Below, piece by piece: positions 54,388 through 63,819 of a stretch of DNA of 64,000 bases. The DNA comes from an uncultured Planctomycetota bacterium (GTDB lineage: Bacteria > Planctomycetota > CAZGEP01), in contig CAZGEP010000002.1 in assembly GCA_964524955.1 (NCBI GenBank), forward strand, positions 5,591 through 69,590, written 5' to 3'. How positions within the stretch are numbered: position 1 is the stretch's first letter; each line of letters opens with the position of its first letter. The notes beneath the pieces are model-generated. The model was not told the DNA's origin. It worked only from the letters and a program-made list of their open reading frames with translations, and made no database searches. Both the position numbers and the translations under genes were made by a program.

Positions 54388-54560
54388 TTGACAGGATTAA
54401 CAGGATGAACCGGATGAATAACGGTTCCTGTGCTGTCATACCGAACGAATGTGAGAGATCTAATTTTTCAACCTGCCCTGCTATCCAGATTCCTCAGTCG
54501 CTTCGCTGCCTGGAAATGACATCTTCTATTCAATCCTGTTCATCCCGTTAATCCTGTCTA
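54388..54560. repeat. 173-bp MITE-like palindromic element with roughly 33-bp terminal inverted repeats (family B)
   Basis: The left end is TTGACAGGATTAACAGGATGAACCGGATGAATAA. The right end reverse-complements to TAGACAGGATTAACGGGATGAACAGGATTGAATA. A second, imperfect inverted pair is nested inside (54434-54461 / 54487-54521, TGTCAT...ATGACA). No ORF. Confidence 0.75.
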
Positions 54561-54579
54561 ATATAACATCAAAATGATG

Positions 54580-55860
54580 TCATTTTTCACATCTTTGTTT
54601 ATCTGAGCAGCCAGCATTAATATAATTGTACAACTCCTCAAACGCAACCGTATTCTGATCTTTACGCTCCATGTCTTTAACCGAGGCCTGTTTGTCCCGG
54701 ACCTCGTCTTCTCCGATGATCACGGCAAAACGGGCACCTTCCCGGTTGGCCATGCGCATCTGCGCCTTGAAGCTCCGGCTTTCATAGTCCATGTCTGCTG
54801 CAATTCCCCGGCTGCGCAAATTGTTGAGCAGGGAAAAGGAGACAGGCTTCTGCTCCTTGCTGACCGTGACAATATAGGCGTCCATGCGCTGCGGTTTGAG
54901 GGTGTCCGCTTCTGCACTCAAAAGGATGCGCTCCATTCCCAGTCCAAATCCAACACAGGGTGCATCACTTCCACCGAGTTCGCCGACCAGGCCGTTGTAC
55001 CGGCCCCCGCCGCCCAGAGCGTTCTGTGCACCCAGATTCTTCCCGATAATTTCAAAGATCGTCCGTGTATAGTAGTCAAATCCACGAGCCAGGTATCGGT
55101 TTTCTTTGTACTGAACACCGCATTCTGTCAGTCCCTGCTTTACGGCTTCGTAATGGACTCCGCAGTCTGAACAGAGAAATTCTGTAATGACTGGAGATCC
55201 GGCAGCTGCATTTCTGCAGGGTTCTTTTTTGCAGTCCAGCACGCGAAAGACATTCCGCTCCAGCCGCTTCTCGCAATCTCCGCACAGTTCTGCTTTGCGG
55301 GGATTGAAATATTCCAGCAGCCCCCTTCGCATTTCCTTACGGCACTCGGGGCAGCCTATGGAGTTGATCTGAAGCGCTGCACCCTTTATGCCGAATGTCT
55401 GGAAAATTTCCATTGCCAGGGCCATGGACTCCACATCCATCAACGGATCTGCAGAACCAATAACCTCTGCACCGATCTGGTGAAACTGACGCGTTCTTCC
55501 CCGCTGGGGGCGTTCCTTGCGAAACATGGGGCCGATGTAGTAAAATTTCTGAAAAGGCGCCCGTTTCTGATACTGGTGTTGAACATAGGCCCGGACAACG
55601 GATGCGGTTCCTTCCGGACGCATGGTTAGAGAGCTGTCTGTATCGCTTCCGAACGTATACATCTCTTTTTCAACAATATCCGTTGTTTCGCCAATGCTCC
55701 GCGTAAAGAGGTCCGTGGACTCCATAATCGGTGTACGCATCTCATGGTAACAGTATTTTCTGAACACATCCCTTGTGCATGCTTCAAGCTGTTGCCAGCC
55801 GGAGATGTCTTCGGGCAGGATGTCGTCAAATCCAAGAGGGGAACTGTATTTTTCAGCCAT
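54580..55860 (-). CDS. hisS: histidine--tRNA ligase
   Basis: Class II motifs (MYTF.., FRKERPQRGRTRQFHQ, GGGRYNGL). 426 aa. Confidence 0.95.
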   Translation of the reverse strand: MAEKYSSPLGFDDILPEDISGWQQLEACTRDVFRKYCYHEMRTPIMESTDLFTRSIGETTDIVEKEMYTFGSDTDSSLTMRPEGTASVVRAYVQHQYQKRAPFQKFYYIGPMFRKERPQRGRTRQFHQIGAEVIGSADPLMDVESMALAMEIFQTFGIKGAALQINSIGCPECRKEMRRGLLEYFNPRKAELCGDCEKRLERNVFRVLDCKKEPCRNAAAGSPVITEFLCSDCGVHYEAVKQGLTECGVQYKENRYLARGFDYYTRTIFEIIGKNLGAQNALGGGGRYNGLVGELGGSDAPCVGFGLGMERILLSAEADTLKPQRMDAYIVTVSKEQKPVSFSLLNNLRSRGIAADMDYESRSFKAQMRMANREGARFAVIIGEDEVRDKQASVKDMERKDQNTVAFEELYNYINAGCSDKQRCEK

Positions 55861-56205
55861 GGGTTTTTAATCAAATCTAATTCAATAAAAAAATACAAAG
55901 GAAGAGTCTTCCGCCTTTGGCGGCAGTTGCTCTTTCCGGAAATTTATTACCGAAACAGTAAAAAATACCGCAGTCCGGTTTTCTTCTTCCGGTAATATTA
56001 CAAAAACCCGTTCTTGTGTCCAATATATTTTCTTTTTTGATGGTCTGTTTTCGCAGCGTGAGGACAACTGCCCGTGGACCGCTTAAACTACTACGCAAGA
56101 TTTACAGGGCCGCGCAGGTCAACAGGGCCATGGACATTCGGTTCGAGATGGGTCAGAATTTCGACACCCGTACGACTGCATCCTGAGAGGTAAAATGCCG
56201 GCGTT

Positions 56206-57297
56206 CTAATTTAGAAAATTATACTGCATGGAAACATCGGCTCCGGAAAAAGCTGGAATCTCTTTGCGGTTAATGGTAATGTCTTGCGCCTTGCCGGGGG
56301 CCAGGGTTCCATTAAGGGATATTTTGACGTTCTTGATTTTGTTTTTACCCCTGTACAGGTTGAGCGATATAACAAAATCCTTGGTGGTTTTTTTCATGTC
56401 GTTTTTCAGCGAAACCGTGATGTCATAGGATGCATCTTTTTTTTTCTTGAGCAGACATTTTTTGATATAGGTCTGGTTGGGAACCGGATCCAGATTTATA
56501 ACAAATTCACCACTGTTTTGCGCTTCTGCGGGCCCTTCGACTTCGGTATAGGATTTGATCGAACCTTCTGCAATCACAACGTCCGCGTCATCATGGGGCG
56601 GGCATTTGCTGACAAAGAATTTAACAATCCGCTGCTTTCCGGATTCCAGCCCCTGTTTGAGTTTGTATTTTTGCCGCTTGATGATTTTCGCCTTTTTCGA
56701 GCGCATATCCACTTTGATAAACCGGGCCTCAAGCTCTACCTCTTCAGCCTTGAGTTCTCCCTTGTTGAAGACTTTGACCTGAACACGCGCCTTATGCTTT
56801 TTTTTACTGTAATCGATGTTTTTACCCATGATTTTGACATAGGCCTGCCCCTTGATTACACCGGCGGGTTCAAAAAAAAGAGATCTGGAGGCGCTGAAAC
56901 CGTGAAATTCATTGACAAATTCCTTACCGTTGTCTTTTCCACGAATGGTCAGCACCAGACGTGAAAATGCCGGACACTTGGGAAGTTTGAAACTCATGTC
57001 GCGCCGGGAAGTGAGTTTTCCGATTTCCGTCTTATCCGATCCCTTGATGGCTTTACCGGTTTCGCTGTACATAACAACGTAACCCCACAAGTCTGTTAGT
57101 TTGGAATCACTGTTTACCGGTGCAATTTCCGCCTTGGCAAAAAGGGTTCTGCCGTCCAGATTGGCCCGGGTTCCGGCAGTTGCCCATCGCATGACCTTGA
57201 CCTTTTGATTCTTCCATTGTTCTTCAGAAGCATGTCCTGCGGAAACCAGTATCAGTATGGCTGCGCAGAATAAAACCGTCTTTCGTTTCATTATCAT
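56206..57297 (-). CDS. hypothetical secreted Lys-rich protein
   Basis: 363-aa ORF with a signal peptide (KTVLFCAAILILVSAGHA). No recognised motif. Confidence 0.5.
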   Translation of the reverse strand: MIMKRKTVLFCAAILILVSAGHASEEQWKNQKVKVMRWATAGTRANLDGRTLFAKAEIAPVNSDSKLTDLWGYVVMYSETGKAIKGSDKTEIGKLTSRRDMSFKLPKCPAFSRLVLTIRGKDNGKEFVNEFHGFSASRSLFFEPAGVIKGQAYVKIMGKNIDYSKKKHKARVQVKVFNKGELKAEEVELEARFIKVDMRSKKAKIIKRQKYKLKQGLESGKQRIVKFFVSKCPPHDDADVVIAEGSIKSYTEVEGPAEAQNSGEFVINLDPVPNQTYIKKCLLKKKKDASYDITVSLKNDMKKTTKDFVISLNLYRGKNKIKNVKISLNGTLAPGKAQDITINRKEIPAFSGADVSMQYNFLN

Positions 57298-57506
57298 CTC
57301 CCTTTACATGAATACTTACCCGATATACCGGGTTAATAAAATTAACAAAAAAGGATCTGTTATCTGCATTCTCCTGTTTGTCAGCAGGTTATACAATCAT
57401 AACAAATCATTCTCACAAAGTCAATCACCGTTCCTGTTATTTGTTTTTTGACAATTAAACGAAAGAAATGTATAATGGTTTACTTTAAATTATTTTTTTT
57501 ACTGCC

Positions 57507-58370
57507 ATGAACAAGAAAAAAAACAGTATTGATGATATTATCCGTGAAGACAAAGGCGAAATCTCGCATCAGATTGTCAACGCTGCTGCCGATGATCTGG
57601 ACAGCGGTTCCAAAAAGGCAACATCCAAAGAGCTGGAAAAACAGAAATCCGAACGCAAAGAAACCTTTTATTCTGATCTGATCTATACGATTACGCATCA
57701 GAGAAAGCCGGAAAACGAAGCCCGTCTGATCTGGGGAGATCTGCTTCAGCACAAAAAGGAACTCTCGGAAAAGCTTAAACGCAATGTGGGAATTCGTGTC
57801 GCAGCCCTGGATTACTTTCAGAATATTACCAAGGATCTGGGGGATGTGAAAATTATCGAAGACAGCGAGTATATTCAGACCGAGCGCCTGGCTGTAACCG
57901 ATGGGCTGACCAATTTATTCAACCACCGTTTTTTCCATGACACGGTTGAAAAGTTAGTCCGGAAGAAAAAACAGTTTACTGTTTTTCTCTTTGATATCGA
58001 TGATTTTAAAAAATACAATGACAAATACGGACACATTGCCGGAGATATTGCATTGCGCGAATTCGGACTTATTATCAACAACACCATTCGTAAACTCGAT
58101 CTTGGATTTCGCTACGGAGGCGAGGAATTTGCTGTGATTTTCTCCAACACTGGAAAAGACAATGCTCCGGTATGTGCTGAACGGATTCGTACTCAGATTA
58201 ACAGTAAGATTTTTCCAAATGATGTTCATCTGAGTATCAGCGGAGGCATTGCCTTTTTCCCGGAAGAGGCCAGCTCCCGTAAACACGTTATTAAACACGT
58301 TATTGACTTAGCTGACAAACGTCTATACAAAGCCAAGGACGCGGGTAAAAACCGAATCATTTTTAAATGA
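57507..58370 (+). CDS. diguanylate cyclase (GGDEF domain)
   Basis: DGLTNLFNHRFF, RYGGEEFAVIF (GGEEF active site) and ADKRLYKAKDAGKNR motifs. 287 aa. Confidence 0.85.
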   Translation: MNKKKNSIDDIIREDKGEISHQIVNAAADDLDSGSKKATSKELEKQKSERKETFYSDLIYTITHQRKPENEARLIWGDLLQHKKELSEKLKRNVGIRVAALDYFQNITKDLGDVKIIEDSEYIQTERLAVTDGLTNLFNHRFFHDTVEKLVRKKKQFTVFLFDIDDFKKYNDKYGHIAGDIALREFGLIINNTIRKLDLGFRYGGEEFAVIFSNTGKDNAPVCAERIRTQINSKIFPNDVHLSISGGIAFFPEEASSRKHVIKHVIDLADKRLYKAKDAGKNRIIFK

Positions 58371-59014
58371 CTGAAACTATTCTTATATTCGCCCTCTTTA
58401 TTTTTTCCATCATTCTTCACGAATGCGCCCATGGATTTGCCGCCTGGAAACTGGGAGACAATACTGCTAAAAATGCGGGCCGCATCTCTCTTAATCCCCT
58501 GCATCACATTGATCCATTCTTTACGATCATACTCCCGATTATCCTTCTCCTTTATTCCGGGTTTGTCTTCGGCGGTCCCAAACCTGTTCCGGTAGACAAG
58601 CGGAATTTCCGCAGGCCAGACCGGGACATGGCACTTGTGGCTTTCATTGGCCCTCTAACCAATTTTTTTCTGGCTATTGTCTTCTTCGTCCTTCTGCTTC
58701 CGTTTTATCCTACGGAACCGTTTCATCCATCTATGACGCAGGGAAGTCTCCAACAAATTCTGTCTGCTGTTTTCTATAACCTTTGTTTTATCAATATTTT
58801 ACTGGGTTGTTTTAATCTCATCCCCATCCCTCCGCTGGATGGCTCAAGAATCCTTCTCTTTCTTCTTCCTGTTTCGTTAAAAAAATCCCTGATTCACTTG
58901 GAAAAAACAGGTCTCTTTCTACTGATAATCCTGTTGATATTCATCCCTCTACAGGATATAATAGAACCTATTCGTAGTATAATTGATTATTTCGCTCATT
59001 TCTTTTTACATTGA
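58367..59014 (+). CDS. M50-family (site-2 protease-like) membrane metalloprotease
   Basis: HECAHGFAAWKLGD (HExxH within a TM helix), NLIPIPPLDGSRIL (the NxxPxxxLDG motif), and multiple TM segments. Confidence 0.8.
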   Translation: MTETILIFALFIFSIILHECAHGFAAWKLGDNTAKNAGRISLNPLHHIDPFFTIILPIILLLYSGFVFGGPKPVPVDKRNFRRPDRDMALVAFIGPLTNFFLAIVFFVLLLPFYPTEPFHPSMTQGSLQQILSAVFYNLCFINILLGCFNLIPIPPLDGSRILLFLLPVSLKKSLIHLEKTGLFLLIILLIFIPLQDIIEPIRSIIDYFAHFFLH

Positions 59015-59017
59015 CTC

Positions 59018-59740
59018 TTGACCATGGATTCTGAATACAAAATTAACCTTGATATATATAAAGGACCGCTGGATCTTCTTCTTCATTTGATTCATGAAGA
59101 AGAAGTGAATATTTATGATATTCCCATTGCCCGCATAACCGATTCCTATCTCTGCCACCTCAAAACCATCCGAAAAATGGATCTGGATAATGTCGGTGAT
59201 TTCATTGTTATGGCAGCCAGGCTGATTGATATCAAGGCCCGGATGCTGCTTCCGGTTAATGAGGAAGAGACCGAAATGGAAGATCCAAGGGAAGAACTGA
59301 TCAACAAACTGCTGGAGTATAAAAAATTCCGCTCCCTTTCCTGCCAGCTGGAAGAAATCCATGATAATCGCTGTCTCTGCTTTCCAAGAGCTGTTTTTTC
59401 CAGCCAGGATCCGACCGATGACTCGTTCTTTTCATTTCCGACGCTGGAAAAAATTGCAGTTTCCTTTTCTCTACTGGCAAAAGATACTCTGATGAATCTT
59501 GAATCCAGACTCAGAAGCTGTGTCACTCCCCTGAACCGGTACAAGGAACGGATTTTCAGTCTCTTTACAAATGCCCGTAAAAAAATCACGTTGAATATGC
59601 TTGAAGATAAAAACCTTGAACCCGAGGAAAAAGTCGGCTTTTTTCTTGCTGCATTGGATATGGCCAGTAAAAAGAGCGTTCGCCTGTATCAGATTATTCC
59701 GTTTGGTAAAATATTTGTTTCATTAAAAAATAAACCATAA
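59018..59740 (+). CDS. scpA: segregation and condensation protein A
   Basis: The N-terminus YKINLDIYKGPLDLLLHLIHEEEVNIYDIPIARITDSYL is the ScpA signature. 240 aa. Confidence 0.85.
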   Translation: MTMDSEYKINLDIYKGPLDLLLHLIHEEEVNIYDIPIARITDSYLCHLKTIRKMDLDNVGDFIVMAARLIDIKARMLLPVNEEETEMEDPREELINKLLEYKKFRSLSCQLEEIHDNRCLCFPRAVFSSQDPTDDSFFSFPTLEKIAVSFSLLAKDTLMNLESRLRSCVTPLNRYKERIFSLFTNARKKITLNMLEDKNLEPEEKVGFFLAALDMASKKSVRLYQIIPFGKIFVSLKNKP

Positions 59741-59982
59741 ATTCGTTGTCAAATGACGCGGTATTAGTCGAACCCTTTGTTAAATAAATCCTTTTTTTCG
59801 TTTATTTAACAAACCTCTTACAGGTTCCTGACAATGTAACAATCTCGTCATATACGGTTAAATTAAATTGCGTTTTTTTTATTCATAATTTCTTATCTTT
59901 TATTGACTTGTATTTATTTTGTAATTAACATCCTTATTTAAATACTCTTTTTAAATACTTCATTAAGAAAGGATTAAACAAT

Positions 59983-61077
59983 ATGAAATTCAGTGCAAAT
60001 ACAAAGACAATTTATGATCTGGCACATAATGTGTCATCCTCGCTTCCAAAGAGCACCACCAGACCCATACTGCAGAATATAAAAATAGAGGCAGTAGACG
60101 GCAGTCTGAAAATATCCGGAACCGATCATGAAACCGAAGCCAGGGTCACGATCAGTGACGTGATTATCAAAGAAGAAGGTAAAGCCCTGATTCAGGGATT
60201 TAATTTTGTCAATGTCCTTCGGGAGATTGGCAGCGCAGAGCTGTCAGCTGAAAGTGATGGAGAAAATCTGGTAATTACAACAGACAAGGCACATTTTGTT
60301 CTCAAGGGAGCCAACCCGGAAGAATATTCTGGTTTGGAAGCAGAGACAACCGTAAAAGAATACACCGTCAAGGGAGATGTGCTGCTGGAGCTTCTGCGAA
60401 AGGGTTCGTTTGCAGCGAATCGGGAAATCAAACAAGTGGCAACAGACGGTGCGCTGCTGGAACTCAGTGAAAGCACCATCTCCGTGATCAGTACAGACGG
60501 AAAACGGCTGGCAAAGGGAACAAAAAAGACCGAGAGTATTGAAGAGGCGTCTCGGGTCATTCTCCCGCAAAAGACATGCGGAGCACTTCTTCGTTTTTTC
60601 AGCGGAGATGACGAGATCCATCTGAAGCTTTCGGAAAACACAATCTCAGCGGAAAAACAGGAAGTCACATTTGTATCCCGGCTGGTTAATGGCAAATTTC
60701 CGGAATATGATCAGGTCATACCGCAGGAAAAGGGAACTCAGGTAACGGTTAACAGAGAAAATCTTCTGCATGTCCTCCGCCAGGTAATGGCGATGCTGGA
60801 GTCGGACCATATCGGTATTTACATGGATGTGAAGAAAAACAGCATTCAGTTGTCGTCAGATTCAATTCAGACCGGTAAGGGAGAGAGTGAGACAGACGCA
60901 GACGTTTTCGGCGATACGGTCAGAAAGAAAATCAACTCGTCATACCTTGGGGATATTATCAAGGCATATGATTCGGATGACGTGGTCTTTGAAATTTATC
61001 AGGGAAATATGCCGCTGAAATTTAAAGAGGGTAAAGAATTTATCTACCTGCTGATGCCGCTGATGGAAACCGGATAA
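59983..61077 (+). CDS. dnaN: DNA polymerase III beta sliding clamp
   Basis: 364 aa with a three-domain clamp pattern (RPILQNIKIEA..., ATDGALL/STDGKRLA, PEYDQVIP). Located upstream of gyrB. Confidence 0.9.
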   Translation: MKFSANTKTIYDLAHNVSSSLPKSTTRPILQNIKIEAVDGSLKISGTDHETEARVTISDVIIKEEGKALIQGFNFVNVLREIGSAELSAESDGENLVITTDKAHFVLKGANPEEYSGLEAETTVKEYTVKGDVLLELLRKGSFAANREIKQVATDGALLELSESTISVISTDGKRLAKGTKKTESIEEASRVILPQKTCGALLRFFSGDDEIHLKLSENTISAEKQEVTFVSRLVNGKFPEYDQVIPQEKGTQVTVNRENLLHVLRQVMAMLESDHIGIYMDVKKNSIQLSSDSIQTGKGESETDADVFGDTVRKKINSSYLGDIIKAYDSDDVVFEIYQGNMPLKFKEGKEFIYLLMPLMETG

Positions 61078-61079
61078 CC

Positions 61080-61424
61080 ATGGCATTCAAACGCAGGAAG
61101 CGGATCGCAGGAATAGCAGAAATCATGCCTTCAATTCTCAAGGGCATTCGTCGGAATAAAACCCATTCTCTTCCGGAACAGGCAATGGAAATTATCCGAA
61201 AGGAATTCGGGCCGGAATATACATCGGTTTTTTCCGACATTCGGTACAGTAAGCAGAAACGAACACTAACTCTTTCAGTAGAGGATCATATTGCGGAACA
61301 GGAGCTAAAGTCGATTGACAAAGAGGGTTTAGTAAAGATAATAGAAAAACTCAGAGAAGTAGAACCGCTTGAGCGATTGCAGACCATTACATTTAGAAGA
61401 GAAAGAAACAAATATGAGCAATAA
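61080..61424 (+). CDS. DUF721/DciA-like small protein (tentative)
   Basis: 114-aa ORF in the conserved dnaN-x-gyrB slot. The call rests on size, position and a ..RTLTLSVEDHIAEQELK.. pattern only. Confidence 0.5.
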   Translation: MAFKRRKRIAGIAEIMPSILKGIRRNKTHSLPEQAMEIIRKEFGPEYTSVFSDIRYSKQKRTLTLSVEDHIAEQELKSIDKEGLVKIIEKLREVEPLERLQTITFRRERNKYEQ

Positions 61425-63819
61425 AGAATACACAGCTGATGATATTAAAATTCTCAAGGGCATCGAAGCCGTACGCAAACGACCGGCCATGTATATTGGC
61501 GATACATCGATCTACGGGTTGCACCATCTGGTATATGAAGTAGTGGACAACAGTATTGACGAAGCAACGGCCGGACACTGCAAAAACATCAACGTCATTA
61601 TCAACGTGGATAACAGCGTGACCGTGGAAGACGACGGACGGGGTATTCCTGTGGAACAGCACAAAGAGGGAAAAAAACCAGCCGTTGAAATCATCCTGAC
61701 TACCCTTCATGCGGGAGGAAAATTCGACAATAATTCCTATAAAGTAAGCGGCGGACTTCACGGTGTGGGGGTGTCCTGCGTGAACGCGCTCAGTGAATGG
61801 CTTGAAGTTGAAGTCTATCGAAACGGACACGCCTACCACCAGCGATACGAACGGGGAGAAAAAAAGACCGAACTCGAAAAAAGAGGGAGGGTGATGTCTA
61901 CGGGAACGAGGATTATCTTCAAGCCGGATGATGAAATATTCGAAACACTGGAATTCAAGTATGAAACCCTGGCCAACCGAATCCGGGACCTGGCGTTTTT
62001 AAATTCCGGTGTCTGCATCACGCTTGAAGACGAGCGAACGGACAAAAAAGAAACCTTCAAGTATGATGGCGGGCTCAAGGAATTCATCGAATACATCAAC
62101 AGCGGAAAAGACCCGATTCACAAAGACGTTATCTATTTTGAAAAAGCCGATGGAGATGTAATCATTGAAATCGCGCTTCAATATCACAACGGGTATAACG
62201 AGACCACCTTCAGCTATGCCAACAACATTAATACCATTGAGGGCGGTACTCACCTGAGTGGTTTTAAATCTGCGATCACCCGTTCTTTTAATGCTTACGC
62301 CAAAAAGAACAAACTGCTCAAGGACAACATGTCCCTTTCCGGCGAAGACATGCGTGAAGGCATGAGCTCCGTGGTCAGTGTCAAGTTGCCCAATCCCCAG
62401 TTTGAAGGTCAGACCAAGACCAAGCTCGGCAACCGGGATATTCAAGGCATTATGGAATCCAATGTAAACGACTTTCTCAATGTCTATCTGGAGGAAAACC
62501 CCTCCACAGCCAAGAACATTATCAAAAAAGCCATTCAGACGGTCATGGCCCGCCAGGCAGCCAAAAGGGCAAGAGACCTGACTCGCAGAAAAGGGGTTCT
62601 GAGCAGCGGCAACCTGCCGGGAAAACTCGCAGACTGCTCCAGCAAGGACGTGGAGAGTACCGAACTTTTCGTGGTTGAGGGAGATTCGGCAGGCGGATCT
62701 GCCAAACAGGGACGGGACCGGCGGTTTCAGGCCATCCTTCCGCTCAAGGGTAAAATTCTTAACGTGGAAAAGGCGCGGATCAATAAAATGCTCAACCACG
62801 AGGAAATATCGATCTTGATCAGCGCGATCGGAACCAGTATTGGAGAAGAGTTCAATCTCGAAAAGCTTCGCTACGGAAAAATCATTATCATGACAGACGC
62901 GGACATCGACGGATCGCACATTCGCACGCTGCTGCTGACCTTTCTCTTTCGCCACATGAATCAGCTGATTACCAATGGAAACGTTTATATTGCGCAGCCA
63001 CCGCTCTTTAAGGTCAAGGGACGGCGCAGAGAAGAATATGTATTTGATGAAAATGCCATGCAGCGATCGCTGATTCAGAACGGGATCGACGGCACCGTAC
63101 TCAAAATTGGCGACAGAGAAATTCAGAACAGTGACCTGGAGGAAATCATCAAATTGCTTGAAAAACTGGAACGGCTTGGAACCGGAATCCGTAAAAAAGG
63201 CATTGCCTTTGATCAGTTTCTTCAGGCAAGGGTAAAAGATAAAGGACTGCCCGTTTATTCACTTCTGGTGAACAACAGCGAAAAGAAGTTTCTGTACTCT
63301 GATGAAGAAGTCGATGCCTTTATTCAGGAATACGAGAAAGAAAGCGGAGAAGAAATCACCATCAGCCATTACGGTGACATGGACAAAGAACAGAAAGATA
63401 TCGAAATCACAGAATTCGTTGAAGCCGCAGAGCTGGAAAAGAATATTGCCAAGCTGGAAAACTGGAATATCACCATGGACAAATACTTTGCGTCGCCCGG
63501 TGCCGTGAACCCGGCAGGTGTACTGACAAACGGAACCATGGTGGAGACGGTCAAGAGTTACAGTGAGATCACCCCGGCCATCCGCAATATCGGCCAAAAG
63601 GGCATTGACATTCAGCGGTACAAGGGCTTGGGAGAAATGAACCCGCAGCAGCTCTGGGAGACCACCATGAATCCGGAAACCCGTACCATACTGCGGGTCG
63701 AACTTGAAGACGCGGCCAAGGCCGACAACATGTTTTCCGTATTGATGGGAGAAGTGGTAGAGACACGCAGAAAGTTCATTGAACAGAATGCTCTATTTAT
63801 AAAGGACCTCGATGTCTGA
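61414..63819 (+). CDS. gyrB: DNA gyrase subunit B
   Basis: Start set at MSNKEYTADDIKILKGIEAVRKRPAMYIG. GHKL ATPase motifs (HHLVYEVVDNSIDEA, GGLHGVG), Toprim EGDSAGG and the PLKGKILNVE motif. Confidence 0.95.
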   Translation: MSNKEYTADDIKILKGIEAVRKRPAMYIGDTSIYGLHHLVYEVVDNSIDEATAGHCKNINVIINVDNSVTVEDDGRGIPVEQHKEGKKPAVEIILTTLHAGGKFDNNSYKVSGGLHGVGVSCVNALSEWLEVEVYRNGHAYHQRYERGEKKTELEKRGRVMSTGTRIIFKPDDEIFETLEFKYETLANRIRDLAFLNSGVCITLEDERTDKKETFKYDGGLKEFIEYINSGKDPIHKDVIYFEKADGDVIIEIALQYHNGYNETTFSYANNINTIEGGTHLSGFKSAITRSFNAYAKKNKLLKDNMSLSGEDMREGMSSVVSVKLPNPQFEGQTKTKLGNRDIQGIMESNVNDFLNVYLEENPSTAKNIIKKAIQTVMARQAAKRARDLTRRKGVLSSGNLPGKLADCSSKDVESTELFVVEGDSAGGSAKQGRDRRFQAILPLKGKILNVEKARINKMLNHEEISILISAIGTSIGEEFNLEKLRYGKIIIMTDADIDGSHIRTLLLTFLFRHMNQLITNGNVYIAQPPLFKVKGRRREEYVFDENAMQRSLIQNGIDGTVLKIGDREIQNSDLEEIIKLLEKLERLGTGIRKKGIAFDQFLQARVKDKGLPVYSLLVNNSEKKFLYSDEEVDAFIQEYEKESGEEITISHYGDMDKEQKDIEITEFVEAAELEKNIAKLENWNITMDKYFASPGAVNPAGVLTNGTMVETVKSYSEITPAIRNIGQKGIDIQRYKGLGEMNPQQLWETTMNPETRTILRVELEDAAKADNMFSVLMGEVVETRRKFIEQNALFIKDLDV

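Noticed and set aside
56130-56190. GGTTCGAGA / TTCGACACCC strings reminiscent of a tRNA T-loop or a tmRNA end, and a ..CTTGCGTAGTAG.. string reminiscent of a tmRNA tag terminus
   Set aside because: No acceptor or T-stem complementarity, no CCA-proximal structure, and no GGxUUCGAC 5' motif. The putative tag (..PVNLA**) is unlike known tags. The region is recorded only as an unexplained spacer.
59741-59982. AT-rich spacer upstream of dnaN as a candidate oriC
   Set aside because: I could not find a cluster of DnaA-box-like 9-mers (TTATCCACA with at most one mismatch), and dnaA is not adjacent. The only near-box noticed in the window (ATATCCACA, about 14348-14356) is solitary and sits in a divergent promoter.
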